Shown: positions 13,300 to 27,250 of the stretch, one piece after another
Numbering within the stretch: the first letter of the stretch is position 1
How the letters are laid out: each line of letters begins with the position of its first letter
Assembly: GCA_964057225.1 (NCBI GenBank)
Contig: OZ059897.1
Span: 1,798,001-1,862,000, forward strand
Source of the DNA: Auanema rhodensis
Taxonomy: Eukaryota; Animalia; Nematoda
Direction: 5' to 3'
Length of the DNA stretch: 64,000 nucleotides
Notes under the pieces: model-generated
The model's input: the letters and a program-made list of their open reading frames with translations, nothing else
What the model was told of the DNA's origin: nothing
Databases searched by the model: none
Made by a program: the position numbers and the translations under genes

Positions 13300-16200
13300 T
13301 TTTTAGATTTCTTTTTTCAAGGCAAAGACAATGGACAATGTTATTCAACGAAAAAATTAATTCTTCAGGGTGAAAATCGAGGATATAAGTGTGAACCTAT
13401 ATCAGTTGATTACTCGGTGCATTTTTAAGCTAGCGCAAATCTGATAACACAGATCAACGCAGCTTAAAAATCCGCATCGAATGCACTATACTACATTGAG
13501 AAACGCTCCATACAAAAATTAGTTATGATCGTTTGAAAAATAATGCATTAGTGTATGTTGAGTTCCCATGTACACTCAACATTGCTTCCAAAAACATTTT
13601 GACAAAAATTTTCCCGAAAAATTTCTAAATAATTTCACAAAAAGTAGATGTTTTTAGATTTCTTTTTTCAAGGCAAAGACGATGGACAATGTTATTCAAC
13701 GAAAAAATTAATTCTTCAGGGTGAAAATCGAGGATATAAGTGTGAACCTATATCAGATGATTACTCGGTGCATTTTTAAGTTAGCGCAAATCTGATAACA
13801 CAGATCAACGCAGCTTAAAAATCCGCTTCGAATGCACTATACTACATTGAGAAACGCTCTATACAAAATTTAGTTATGATCGTTTGAAAAATAATGCATT
13901 AGTGTATGTTGAGTTCCCATGTACACTCAACATTGCTTCCAAAAACATTTTGACAAAAATTTTCCCGAACAATTTCTAAATAATTTCACAAAAAGTAGAT
14001 GTTTTTAGATTCCTTTTTTCAAGACGAAGACGATGGACAATGTTATTCAACGAAAAAATCATTTCTTCAGGGTGAAAATCGAGGATATAAGTGTGAACAT
14101 ATATCAGTTGATATCTCGGTGCATTTTTAAGCTAACTCAAATCTGATAACACATATCGACGCAGCTTAAAAATCCGCATCGAATGCACTATACTACATTG
14201 AGAAACGCTCTATACAAAAATTAGTTATGATCGTTTGAAAAATAATGCATTAGTGTATGTTGAGTTCCCATGTACACTCAACATTGCTTCCAAAAACATT
14301 TTGACAAAAATTTTCCCGAAAAATTTCTAAATAATTTCACAAAAAGTAGATGTTTTTAGATTCCTTTTTTCAAGACGAAGACGATGGACAATGTTATTCA
14401 ACGAAAAAATCATTTCTTCAGGGTGAAAATCGAGGATATAAGTGTGATCATATATCAGTTGATATCTCGGTGCATTTTTAAGCTAACTCAAATCTGATAA
14501 CACATATCGACGCAGCTTAAAAATCCGCATCGAATGCACTATACTACATTGAGAAACGCTTTATACAAAAATTAGTTATGATCGTTTGAAAAATAATGCA
14601 TTAGTGTATGCTGAGTTCCCATGTACACTCAACATTGCTTCGAAAAACATTTTGACAAAAATTTTCCCGAAAAATTTCTGAATATTTTCGCAAAAAGTAA
14701 ATGTTTTTAGATTCCTTTTTTCAAGACTAAGACGATGGACAATGTTATTCAACGAAAAATATAATTCTTCAGGGTGAAAATCGAGGATATAAGTGTGAAC
14801 ATATATCAGTTGATATCTCGGTGCATTTTTAAGCTAACTCAAATCTGATAAGACAGATCAACGCAGCTTAAAAATCCGCATCGAATGCACTATACTACAT
14901 TGAGAAACGCTCCATACAAAAATTAGTTATGATCGTTTGAAAAATAATGCATTAGTGTATGTTGAGTTCCCATGTACACTCAACATTGCTTCCAAAAACA
15001 TTTTGACAAAAATTTTCCCGAAAAATTTCTAAATAATTTCACAAAAAGTAGATGTTTTAAGATTCCTTTTTTCAAGACGAATACGATGGACAATGTTTTT
15101 CAACGAAAAAATCATTTCTTCAGGGTGAAAATCGAGGATATAAGTGTGAACATATATCAGTTGATATCTCGGTGCATTTTTAAGCTAACTCAAATCTGAT
15201 AACACAGATCAACGCAGCTTAAAAATCCGCATCGAATGCACTATACTACATTGAGAAACGCTTTATACAAAAATTAGTTATGATCGTTTGAAAAATAATG
15301 CATTAGTGTATGCTGAGTTCCCATGTACACTCAACATTGCTTCGAAAAACATTTTGACAAAAATTTTCCCGAAAAATTTCTGAATAATTTCACAAAAAGT
15401 AAATGTTTTTAGATTCCTTTTTTCAAGGCGATGACGATGGACATTGTTATTCAACGAAAAATATAATTCTTCAGGGTGAAAATCGAGGATATAAGTGTGA
15501 ACCTATATCAGTTGATATCTCGGTGCATTTTTAAGCTAACTTAAATCTGATAACACAGATCGACGCAGCTTAAAAATCCGCATCGAGTGCACTATACTAC
15601 ATTGAGAAACGCTCTATGCAAAAATTACTTATGATCGTTTGAAAAATAATGCATTAGTGTATGTTGAGTTCCCATGTACACTCAACATTGCTTCCAAAAA
15701 CATTGTGACAAAAATTTTCCCGAAAAATTTCTAAATAATTTCACAAAAAGTAAGAGTTTTTAGATTTCTTTTTTCAAGGCAAAGACAATGGACAATGTTA
15801 TTCAACGAAAAAATTAATTCTTCAGGGTGAAAATCGAGGATATAAGTGTGAACCTATATCAGTTGATTACTCGGTGCATTTTTAAGCTAGCGCAAATCTG
15901 ATAACACAGATCAACGCAGCTTAAAAATCCGCATCGAATGCACTATACTACATTGAGAAACGCTCCATACAAAAATTAGTTATGATCGTTTGAAAAATAA
16001 TGCATTAGTGTATGTTGAGTTCCCATGTACACTCAACATTGCTTCCAAAAACATTTTGACAAAAATTTTCCCGAAAAATTTCTAAATAATTTCACAAAAA
16101 GTAGATGTTTTTAGATTTCTTTTTTCAAGGCAAAGACGATGGACAATGTTATTCAACGAAAAAATTAATTCTTCAGGGTGAAAATCGAGGATATAAGTGT

Positions 16201-19200
16201 GAACCTATATCAGATGATTACTCGGTGCATTTTTAAGTTAGCGCAAATCTGATAACACAGATCAACGCAGCTTAAAAATCCGCTTCGAATGCACTATACT
16301 ACATTGAGAAACGCTCTATACAAAATTTAGTTATGATCGTTTGAAAAATAATGCATTAGTGTATGTTGAGTTCCCATGTACACTCAACATTGCTTCCAAA
16401 AACATTTTGACAAAAATTTTCCCGAACAATTTCTAAATAATTTCACAAAAAGTAGATGTTTTTAGATTCCTTTTTTCAAGACGAAGACGATGGAAAATGT
16501 TATTCAACGAAAAAATCATTTCTTCAGGGTGAAAATCGAGGATATAAGTGTGAACATATATCAGTTGATATCTCGGTGCATTTTTAAGCTAACTCAAATC
16601 TGATAACACATATCGACGCAGCTTAAAAATCCGCATCGAATGCACTATACTACATTGAGAAACGCTCTATACAAAAATTAGTTATGATCGTTTGAAAAAT
16701 AATGCATTAGTGTATGTTGAGTTCCCATGTACACTCAACATTGCTTCCAAAAACATTTTGACAAAAATTTTCCCGAAAAATTTCTAAATAATTTCACAAA
16801 AAGTAGATGTTTTAAGATTCCTTTTTTCAAGACGAATACGATGGACAATGTTTTTCAACGAAAAAATCATTTCTTCAGGGTGAAAATCGAGGATATAAGT
16901 GTGAACATATATCAGTTGATATCTCGGTGCATTTTTAAGCTAACTCAAATCTGATAACACAGATCAACGCAGCTTAAAAATCCGCATCGAATGCACTATA
17001 CTACATTGAGAAACGCTTTATACAAAAATTAGTTATGATCGTTTGAAAAATAATGCATTAGTGTATGCTGAGTTCCCATGTACACTCAACATTGCTTCGA
17101 AAAACATTTTGACAAAAATTTTCCCGAAAAATTTCTGAATAATTTCACAAAAAGTAAATGTTTTTAGATTCCTTTTTTCAAGGCGATGACGATGGACATT
17201 GTTATTCAACGAAAAATATAATTCTTCAGGGTGAAAATCGAGGATATAAGTGTGAACCTATATCAGTTGATATCTCGGTGCATTTTTAAGCTAACTTAAA
17301 TCTGATAACACAGATCGACGCAGCTTAAAAATCCGCATCGAGTGCACTATACTACATTGAGAAACGCTCTATGCAAAAATTACTTATGATCGTTTGAAAA
17401 ATAATGCATTAGTGTATGTTGAGTTCCCATGTACACTCAACATTGCTTCCAAAAACATTGTGACAAAAATTTTCCCGAAAAATTTCTAAATAATTTCACA
17501 AAAAGTAAGAGTTTTTAGATTTCTTTTTTCAAGGCAAAGACAATGGACAATGTTATTCAACGAAAAAATTAATTCTTCAGGGTGAAAATCGAGGATATAA
17601 GTGTGAACCTATATCAGTTGATTACTCGGTGCATTTTTAAGCTAGCGCAAATCTGATAACACAGATCAACGCAGCTTAAAAATCCGCATCGAATGCACTA
17701 TACTACATTGAGAAACGCTCCATACAAAAATTAGTTATGATCGTTTGAAAAATAATGCATTAGTGTATGTTGAGTTCCCATGTACACTCAACATTGCTTC
17801 CAAAAACATTTTGACAAAAATTTTCCCGAAAAATTTCTAAATAATTTCACAAAAAGTAGATGTTTTAAGATTCCTTTTTTCAAGACGAATACGATGGACA
17901 ATGTTTTTCAACGAAAAAATCATTTCTTCAGGGTGAAAATCGAGGATATAAGTGTGAACATATATCAGTTGATATCTCGGTGCATTTTTAAGCTAACTCA
18001 AATCTGATAACACAGATCAACGCAGCTTAAAAATCCGCATCGAATGCACTATACTACATTGAGAAACGCTTTATACAAAAATTAGTTATGATCGTTTGAA
18101 AAATAATGCATTAGTGTATGCTGAGTTCCCATGTACACTCAACATTGCTTCGAAAAACATTTTGACAAAAATTTTCCCGAAAAATTTCTGAATAATTTCA
18201 CAAAAAGTAAATGTTTTTAGATTCCTTTTTTCAAGGCGATGACGATGGACATTGTTATTCAACGAAAAATATAATTCTTCAGGGTGAAAATCGAGGATAT
18301 AAGTGTGAACCTATATCAGTTGATATCTCGGTGCATTTTTAAGCTAACTTAAATCTGATAACACAGATCGACGCAGCTTAAAAATCCGCATCGAGTGCAC
18401 TATACTACATTGAGAAACGCTCTATGCAAAAATTACTTATGATCGTTTGAAAAATAATGCATTAGTGTATGTTGAGTTCCCATGTACACTCAACATTGCT
18501 TCCAAAAACATTGTGACAAAAATTTTCCCGAAAAATTTCTAAATAATTTCACAAAAAGTAAGAGTTTTTAGATTTCTTTTTTCAAGGCAAAGACAATGGA
18601 CAATGTTATTCAACGAAAAAATTAATTCTTCAGGGTGAAAATCGAGGATATAAGTGTGAACCTATATCAGTTGATTACTCGGTGCATTTTTAAGCTAGCG
18701 CAAATCTGATAACACAGATCAACGCAGCTTAAAAATCCGCATCGAATGCACTATACTACATTGAGAAACGCTCCATACAAAAATTAGTTATGATCGTTTG
18801 AAAAATAATGCATTAGTGTATGTTGAGTTCCCATGTACACTCAACATTGCTTCCAAAAACATTTTGACAAAAATTTTCCCGAAAAATTTCTAAATAATTT
18901 CACAAAAAGTAGATGTTTTTAGATTTCTTTTTTCAAGGCAAAGACGATGGACAATGTTATTCAACGAAAAAATTAATTCTTCAGGGTGAAAATCGAGGAT
19001 ATAAGTGTGAACCTATATCAGATGATTACTCGGTGCATTTTTAAGTTAGCGCAAATCTGATAACACAGATCAACGCAGCTTAAAAATCCGCTTCGAATGC
19101 ACTATACTACATTGAGAAACGCTCTATACAAAATTTAGTTATGATCGTTTGAAAAATAATGCATTAGTGTATGTTGAGTTCCCATGTACACTCAACATTG

Positions 19201-22200
19201 CTTCCAAAAACATTTTGACAAAAATTTTCCCGAACAATTTCTAAATAATTTCACAAAAAGTAGATGTTTTTAGATTCCTTTTTTCAAGACGAAGACGATG
19301 GACAATGTTATTCAACGAAAAAATCATTTCTTCAGGGTGAAAATCGAGGATATAAGTGTGAACATATATCAGTTGATATCTCGGTGCATTTTTAAGCTAA
19401 CTCAAATCTGATAACACATATCGACGCAGCTTAAAAATCCGCATCGAATGCACTATACTACATTGAGAAACGCTCCATACAAAAATTAGTTATGATCGTT
19501 TGAAAAATAATGCATTAGTGTATGTTGAGTTCCCATGTACACTCAACATTGCTTCCAAAAACATTTTGACAAAAATTTTCCCGAAAAATTTCTAAATAAT
19601 TTCACAAAAAGTAGATGTTTTTAGATTTCTTTTTTCAAGGCAAAGACGATGGACAATGTTATTCAACGAAAAAATTAATTCTTCAGGGTGAAAATCGAGG
19701 ATATAAGTGTGAACCTATATCAGATGATTACTCGGTGCATTTTTAAGTTAGCGCAAATCTGATAACACAGATCAACGCAGCTTAAAAATCCGCTTCGAAT
19801 GCACTATACTACATTGAGAAACGCTCTATACAAAAATTAGTTATGATCGTTTGAAAAATAATGCATTAGTGTATGTTGAGTTCCCATGTACACTCAACAT
19901 TGCTTCGAAAAACATTTTGACAAAAATTTTCCCGAAAAATTTCTGAATATTTTCGCAAAAAGTAAATGTTTTTAGATTCCTTTTTTCAAGACGAAGACGA
20001 TGGACAATGTTATTCAACGAAAAATATAATTCTTCAGGGTGAAAATCGAGGATATAAGTGTGAACATATATCAGTTGATATCTCGGTGCATTTTTAAGCT
20101 AACTCAAATCTGATAAGACAGATCAACGCAGCTTAAAAATCCGCATCGAATGCACTATACTACATTGAGAAACGATCCATACAAAAATTAGTTATGATCG
20201 TTTGAAAAATAATGCATTAGTGTATGTTGAGTTCCCATGTACACTCAACATTGCTTCCAAAAACATTTTGACAAAAATTTTCCCGAAAAATTTCTGAATA
20301 ATTTCACAAAAAGTAGATGTTTTTAGATTTCTTTTTTCAAGGCAAAGACGATGGACAATGTTATTCAACGAAAAAATTAATTCTTCAGGGTGAAAATCGA
20401 GGATATAAGTGTGAACCTATATCAGATGATTACTCGGTGCATTTTTAAGTTAGCGCAAATCTGATAACACAGATCAACGCAGCTTAAAAATCCGCTTCGA
20501 ATGCACTATACTACATTGAGAAACGCTCTATACAAAATTTAGTTATGATCGTTTGAAAAATAATGCATTAGTGTATGTTGAGTTCCCATGTACACTCAAC
20601 ATTGCTTCCAAAAACATTTTGACAAAAATTTTCCCGAACAATTTCTAAATAATTTCACAAAAAGTAGATGTTTTTAGATTCCTTTTTTCAAGACGAAGAC
20701 GATGGACAATGTTATTCAACGAAAAAATCATTTCTTCAGGGTGAAAATCGAGGATATAAGTGTGAACATATATCAGTTGATATCTCGGTGCATTTTTAAG
20801 CTAACTCAAATCTGATAACACATATCGACGCAGCTTAAAAATCCGCATCGAATGCACTATACTACATTGAGAAACGCTCTATACAAAAATTAGTTATGAT
20901 CGTTTGAAAAATAATGCATTAGTGTATGTTGAGTTCCCATGTACACTCAACATTGCTTCCAAAAACATTTTGACAAAAATTTTCCCGAAAAATTTCTAAA
21001 TAATTTCACAAAAAGTAGATGTTTTTAGATTCCTTTTTTCAAGACGAAGACGATGGACAATGTTATTCAACGAAAAAATCATTTCTTCAGGGTGAAAATC
21101 GAGGATATAAGTGTGATCATATATCAGTTGATATCTCGGTGCATTTTTAAGCTAACTCAAATCTGATAACACATATCGACGCAGCTTAAAAATCCGCATC
21201 GAATGCACTATACTACATTGAGAAACGCTTTATACAAAAATTAGTTATGATCGTTTGAAAAATAATGCATTAGTGTATGCTGAGTTCCCATGTACACTCA
21301 ACATTGCTTCGAAAAACATTTTGACAAAAATTTTCCCGAAAAATTTCTGAATATTTTCGCAAAAAGTAAATGTTTTTAGATTCCTTTTTTCAAGACTAAG
21401 ACGATGGACAATGTTATTCAACGAAAAATATAATTCTTCAGGGTGAAAATCGAGGATATAAGTGTGAACATATATCAGTTGATATCTCGGTGCATTTTTA
21501 AGCTAACTCAAATCTGATAAGACAGATCAACGCAGCTTAAAAATCCGCATCGAATGCACTATACTACATTGAGAAACGCTCCATACAAAAATTAGTTATG
21601 ATCGTTTGAAAAATAATGCATTAGTGTATGTTGAGTTCCCATGTACACTCAACATTGCTTCCAAAAACATTTTGACAAAAATTTTCCCGAAAAATTTCTA
21701 AATAATTTCACAAAAAGTAGATGTTTTAAGATTCCTTTTTTCAAGACGAATACGATGGACAATGTTTTTCAACGAAAAAATCATTTCTTCAGGGTGAAAA
21801 TCGAGGATATAAGTGTGAACATATATCAGTTGATATCTCGGTGCATTTTTAAGCTAACTCAAATCTGATAACACAGATCAACGCAGCTTAAAAATCCGCA
21901 TCGAATGCACTATACTACATTGAGAAACGCTTTATACAAAAATTAGTTATGATCGTTTGAAAAATAATGCATTAGTGTATGCTGAGTTCCCATGTACACT
22001 CAACATTGCTTCGAAAAACATTTTGACAAAAATTTTCCCGAAAAATTTCTGAATAATTTCACAAAAAGTAAATGTTTTTAGATTCCTTTTTTCAAGGCGA
22101 TGACGATGGACATTGTTATTCAACGAAAAATATAATTCTTCAGGGTGAAAATCGAGGATATAAGTGTGAACCTATATCAGTTGATATCTCGGTGCATTTT

Positions 22201-25200
22201 TAAGCTAACTTAAATCTGATAACACAGATCGACGCAGCTTAAAAATCCGCATCGAGTGCACTATACTACATTGAGAAACGCTCTATGCAAAAATTACTCA
22301 TGATCGTTTGAAAAATAATGCATTAGTGTATGTTGAGTTCCCATGTACACTCAACATTGCTTCCAAAAACATTGTGACAAAAATTTTCCCGAAAAATTTC
22401 TAAATAATTTCACAAAAAGTAAGAGTTTTTAGATTTCTTTTTTCAAGGCAAAGACAATGGACAATGTTATTCAACGAAAAAATTAATTCTTCAGGGTGAA
22501 AATCGAGGATATAAGTGTGAACCTATATCAGTTGATTACTCGGTGCATTTTTAAGCTAGCGCAAATCTGATAACACAGATCAACGCAGCTTAAAAATCCG
22601 CATCGAATGCACTATACTACATTGAGAAACGCTCCATACAAAAATTAGTTATGATCGTTTGAAAAATAATGCATTAGTGTATGTTGAGTTCCCATGTACA
22701 CTCAACATTGCTTCCAAAAACATTTTGACAAAAATTTTCCCGAAAAATTTCTAAATAATTTCACAAAAAGTAGATGTTTTTAGATTTCTTTTTTCAAGGC
22801 AAAGACGATGGACAATGTTATTCAACGAAAAAATTAATTCTTCAGGGTGAAAATCGAGGATATAAGTGTGAACCTATATCAGATGATTACTCGGTGCATT
22901 TTTAAGTTAGCGCAAATCTGATAACACAGATCAACGCAGCTTAAAAATCCGCTTCGAATGCACTATACTACATTGAAAAACGCTCTATACAAAATTTAGT
23001 TATGATCGTTTGAAAAATAATGCATTAGTGTATGTTGAGTTCCCATGTACACTCAACATTGCTTCCAAAAACATTTTGACAAAAATTTTCCCGAACAATT
23101 TCTAAATAATTTCACAAAAAGTAGATGTTTTTAGATTCCTTTTTTCAAGACGAAGACGATGGACAATGTTATTCAACGAAAAAATCATTTCTTCAGGGTG
23201 AAAATCGAGGATATAAGTGTGAACATATATCAGTTGATATCTCGGTGCATTTTTAAGCTAACTCAAATCTGATAACACATATCGACGCAGCTTAAAAATC
23301 CGCATCGAATGCACTATACTACATTGAGAAACGCTCTATACAAAAATTAGTTATGATCGTTTGAAAAATAATGCATTAGTGTATGTTGAGTTCCCATGTA
23401 CACTCAACATTGCTTCCAAAAACATTTTGACAAAAATTTTCCCGAAAAATTTCTAAATAATTTCACAAAAAGTAGATGTTTTTAGATTCCTTTTTTCAAG
23501 ACGAAGACGATGGACAATGTTATTCAACGAAAAAATCATTTCTTCAGGGTGAAAATCGAGGATATAAGTGTGATCATATATCAGTTGATATCTCGGTGCA
23601 TTTTTAAGCTAACTCAAATCTGATAACACATATCGACGCAGCTTAAAAATCCGCATCGAATGCACTATACTACATTGAGAAACGCTTTATACAAAAATTA
23701 GTTATGATCGTTTGAAAAATAATGCATTAGTGTATGCTGAGTTCCCATGTACACTCAACATTGCTTCGAAAAACATTTTGACAAAAATTTTCCCGAAAAA
23801 TTTCTGAATATTTTCGCAAAAAGTAAATGTTTTTAGATTCCTTTTTTCAAGACTAAGACGATGGACAATGTTATTCAACGAAAAATATAATTCTTCAGGG
23901 TGAAAATCGAGGATATAAGTGTGAACATATATCAGTTGATATCTCGGTGCATTTTTAAGCTAACTCAAATCTGATAAGACAGATCAACGCAGCTTAAAAA
24001 TCCGCATCGAATGCACTATACTACATTGAGAAACGCTCCATACAAAAATTAGTTATGATCGTTTGAAAAATAATGCATTAGTGTATGTTGAGTTCCCATG
24101 TACACTCAACATTGCTTCCAAAAACATTTTGACAAAAATTTTCCCGAAAAATTTCTAAATAATTTCACAAAAAGTAGATGTTTTAAGATTCCTTTTTTCA
24201 AGACGAATACGATGGACAATGTTTTTCAACGAAAAAATCATTTCTTCAGGGTGAAAATCGAGGATATAAGTGTGAACATATATCAGTTGATATCTCGGTG
24301 CATTTTTAAGCTAACTCAAATCTGATAACACAGATCAACGCAGCTTAAAAATCCGCATCGAATGCACTATACTACATTGAGAAACGCTTTATACAAAAAT
24401 TAGTTATGATCGTTTGAAAAATAATGCATTAGTGTATGCTGAGTTCCCATGTACACTCAACATTGCTTCGAAAAACATTTTGACAAAAATTTTCCCGAAA
24501 AATTTCTGAATAATTTCACAAAAAGTAAATGTTTTTAGATTCCTTTTTTCAAGGCGATGACGATGGACATTGTTATTCAACGAAAAATATAATTCTTCAG
24601 GGTGAAAATCGAGGATATAAGTGTGAACCTATATCAGTTGATATCTCGGTGCATTTTTAAGCTAACTTAAATCTGATAACACAGATCGACGCAGCTTAAA
24701 AATCCGCATCGAGTGCACTATACTACATTGAGAAACGCTCTATACAAAAATTAGTTATGATCGTTTGAAAAATAATGCATTAGTGTGTGTTGAGTTCCCA
24801 TGTACAATTAACATTGCTTCCAAAAACATTGTGACAAAAATTTTCCCGAAAAATTTCTAAATAATTTCACAAAAAGTAAGAGTTTTTAGATTTCTTTTTT
24901 CAAGGCAAAGACAATGGACAATGTTATTCAACGAAAAAATTAATTCTTCAGGGTGAAAATCGAGGATATAAGTGTGAACCTATATCAGTTGATTACTCGG
25001 TGCATTTTTAAGCTAGCGCAAATCTGATAACACAGATCAACGCAGCTTAAAAATCCGCATCGAATGCACTATACTACATTGAGAAACGCTCCATACAAAA
25101 ATTAGTTATGATCGTTTGAAAAATAATGCATTAGTGTATGTTGAGTTCCCATGTACACTCAACATTGCTTCCAAAAACATTTTGACAAAAATTTTCCCGA

Positions 25201-27250
25201 AAAATTTCTAAATAATTTCACAAAAAGTAGATGTTTTTAGATTTCTTTTTTCAAGGCAAAGACGATGGACAATGTTATTCAACGAAAAAATTAATTCTTC
25301 AGGGTGAAAATCGAGGATATAAGTGTGAACCTATATCAGATGATTACTCGGTGCATTTTTAAGTTAGCGCAAATCTGATAACACAGATCAACGCAGCTTA
25401 AAAATCCGCTTCGAATGCACTATACTACATTGAGAAACGCTCTATACAAAATTTAGTTATGATCGTTTGAAAAATAATGCATTAGTGTATGTTGAGTTCC
25501 CATGTACACTCAACATTGCTTCCAAAAACATTTTGACAAAAATTTTCCCGAACAATTTCTAAATAATTTCACAAAAAGTAGATGTTTTTAGATTCCTTTT
25601 TTCAAGACGAAGACGATGGACAATGTTATTCAACGAAAAAATCATTTCTTCAGGGTGAAAATCGAGGATATAAGTGTGAACATATATCAGTTGATATCTC
25701 GGTGCATTTTTAAGCTAACTCAAATCTGATAACACATATCGACGCAGCTTAAAAATCCGCATCGAATGCACTATACTACATTGAGAAACGCTCTATACAA
25801 AAATTAGTTATGATCGTTTGAAAAATAATGCATTAGTGTATGTTGAGTTCCCATGTACACTCAACATTGCTTCCAAAAACATTTTGACAAAAATTTTCCC
25901 GAAAAATTTCTAAATAATTTCACAAAAAGTAGATGTTTTTAGATTCCTTTTTTCAAGACGAAGACGATGGACAATGTTATTCAACGAAAAAATCATTTCT
26001 TCAGGGTGAAAATCGAGGATATAAGTGTGATCATATATCAGTTGATATCTCGGTGCATTTTTAAGCTAACTCAAATCTGATAACACATATCGACGCAGCT
26101 TAAAAATCCGCATCGAATGCACTATACTACATTGAGAAACGCTTTATACAAAAATTAGTTATGATCGTTTGAAAAATAATGCATTAGTGTATGCTGAGTT
26201 CCCATGTACACTCAACATTGCTTCGAAAAACATTTTGACAAAAATTTTCCCGAAAAATTTCTGAATATTTTCGCAAAAAGTAAATGTTTTTAGATTCCTT
26301 TTTTCAAGACGAAGACGATGGACAATGTTATTCAACGAAAAATATAATTCTTCAGGGTGAAAATCGAGGATATAAGTGTGAACATATATCAGTTGATATC
26401 TCGGTGCATTTTTAAGCTAACTCAAATCTGATAAGACAGATCAACGCAGCTTAAAAATCCGCATCGAATGCACTATACTACATTGAGAAACGATCCATAC
26501 AAAAATTAGTTATGATCGTTTGAAAAATAATGCATTAGTGTATGTTGAGTTCCCATGTACACTCAACATTGCTTCCAAAAACATTTTGACAAAAATTTTC
26601 CCGAAAAATTTCTAAATAATTTCACAAAAAGTAGATGTTTTAAGATTCCTTTTTTCAAGACGAATACGATGGACAATGTTTTTCAACGAAAAAATCATTT
26701 CTTCAGGGTGAAAATCGAGGATATAAGTGTGAACATATATCAGTTGATATCTCGGTGCATTTTTAAGCTAACTCAAATCTGATAACACAGATCAACGCAG
26801 CTTAAAAATCCGCATCGAATGCACTATACTACATTGAGAAACGCTTTATACAAAAATTAGTTATGATCGTTTGAAAAATAATGCATTAGTGTATGCTGAG
26901 TTCCCATGTACACTCAACATTGCTTCGAAAAACATTTTGACAAAAATTTTCCCGAAAAATTTCTGAATAATTTCACAAAAAGTAAATGTTTTTAGATTCC
27001 TTTTTTCAAGGCGATGACGATGGACATTGTTATTCAACGAAAAATATAATTCTTCAGGGTGAAAATCGAGGATATAAGTGTGAACCTATATCAGTTGATA
27101 TCTCGGTGCATTTTTAAGCTAACTTAAATCTGATAACACAGATCGACGCAGCTTAAAAATCCGCATCGAGTGCACTATACTACATTGAGAAACGCTCTAT
27201 GCAAAAATTAGTTATGATCGTTTGAAAAATAATGCATTAGTGTATGTTGA
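13300..27250. repeat. HOR domain 2: 7-mer (2457 bp) with 5-mer and 3-mer deletion derivatives
   Basis: The identical ORF variant starts at 21641, 24098 and 26555 (2457 apart) and at 14972, 16727 and 17780 (1755 and 1053 apart). gtgtgatcat occurs at about 14442, 21111, 23568 and 26025. Confidence 0.88.

Noticed and set aside
14972-26782. Six identical 75-aa ORFs (MYTQHCFQKHF...)
   Set aside because: They appear only where a ttttag->tttaag SNP and the atcatttc variant remove stops that are present in the other ~175 monomers. The protein is F/K/N-rich from A/T tracts and has no recognisable domain. Useful only as an HOR marker.
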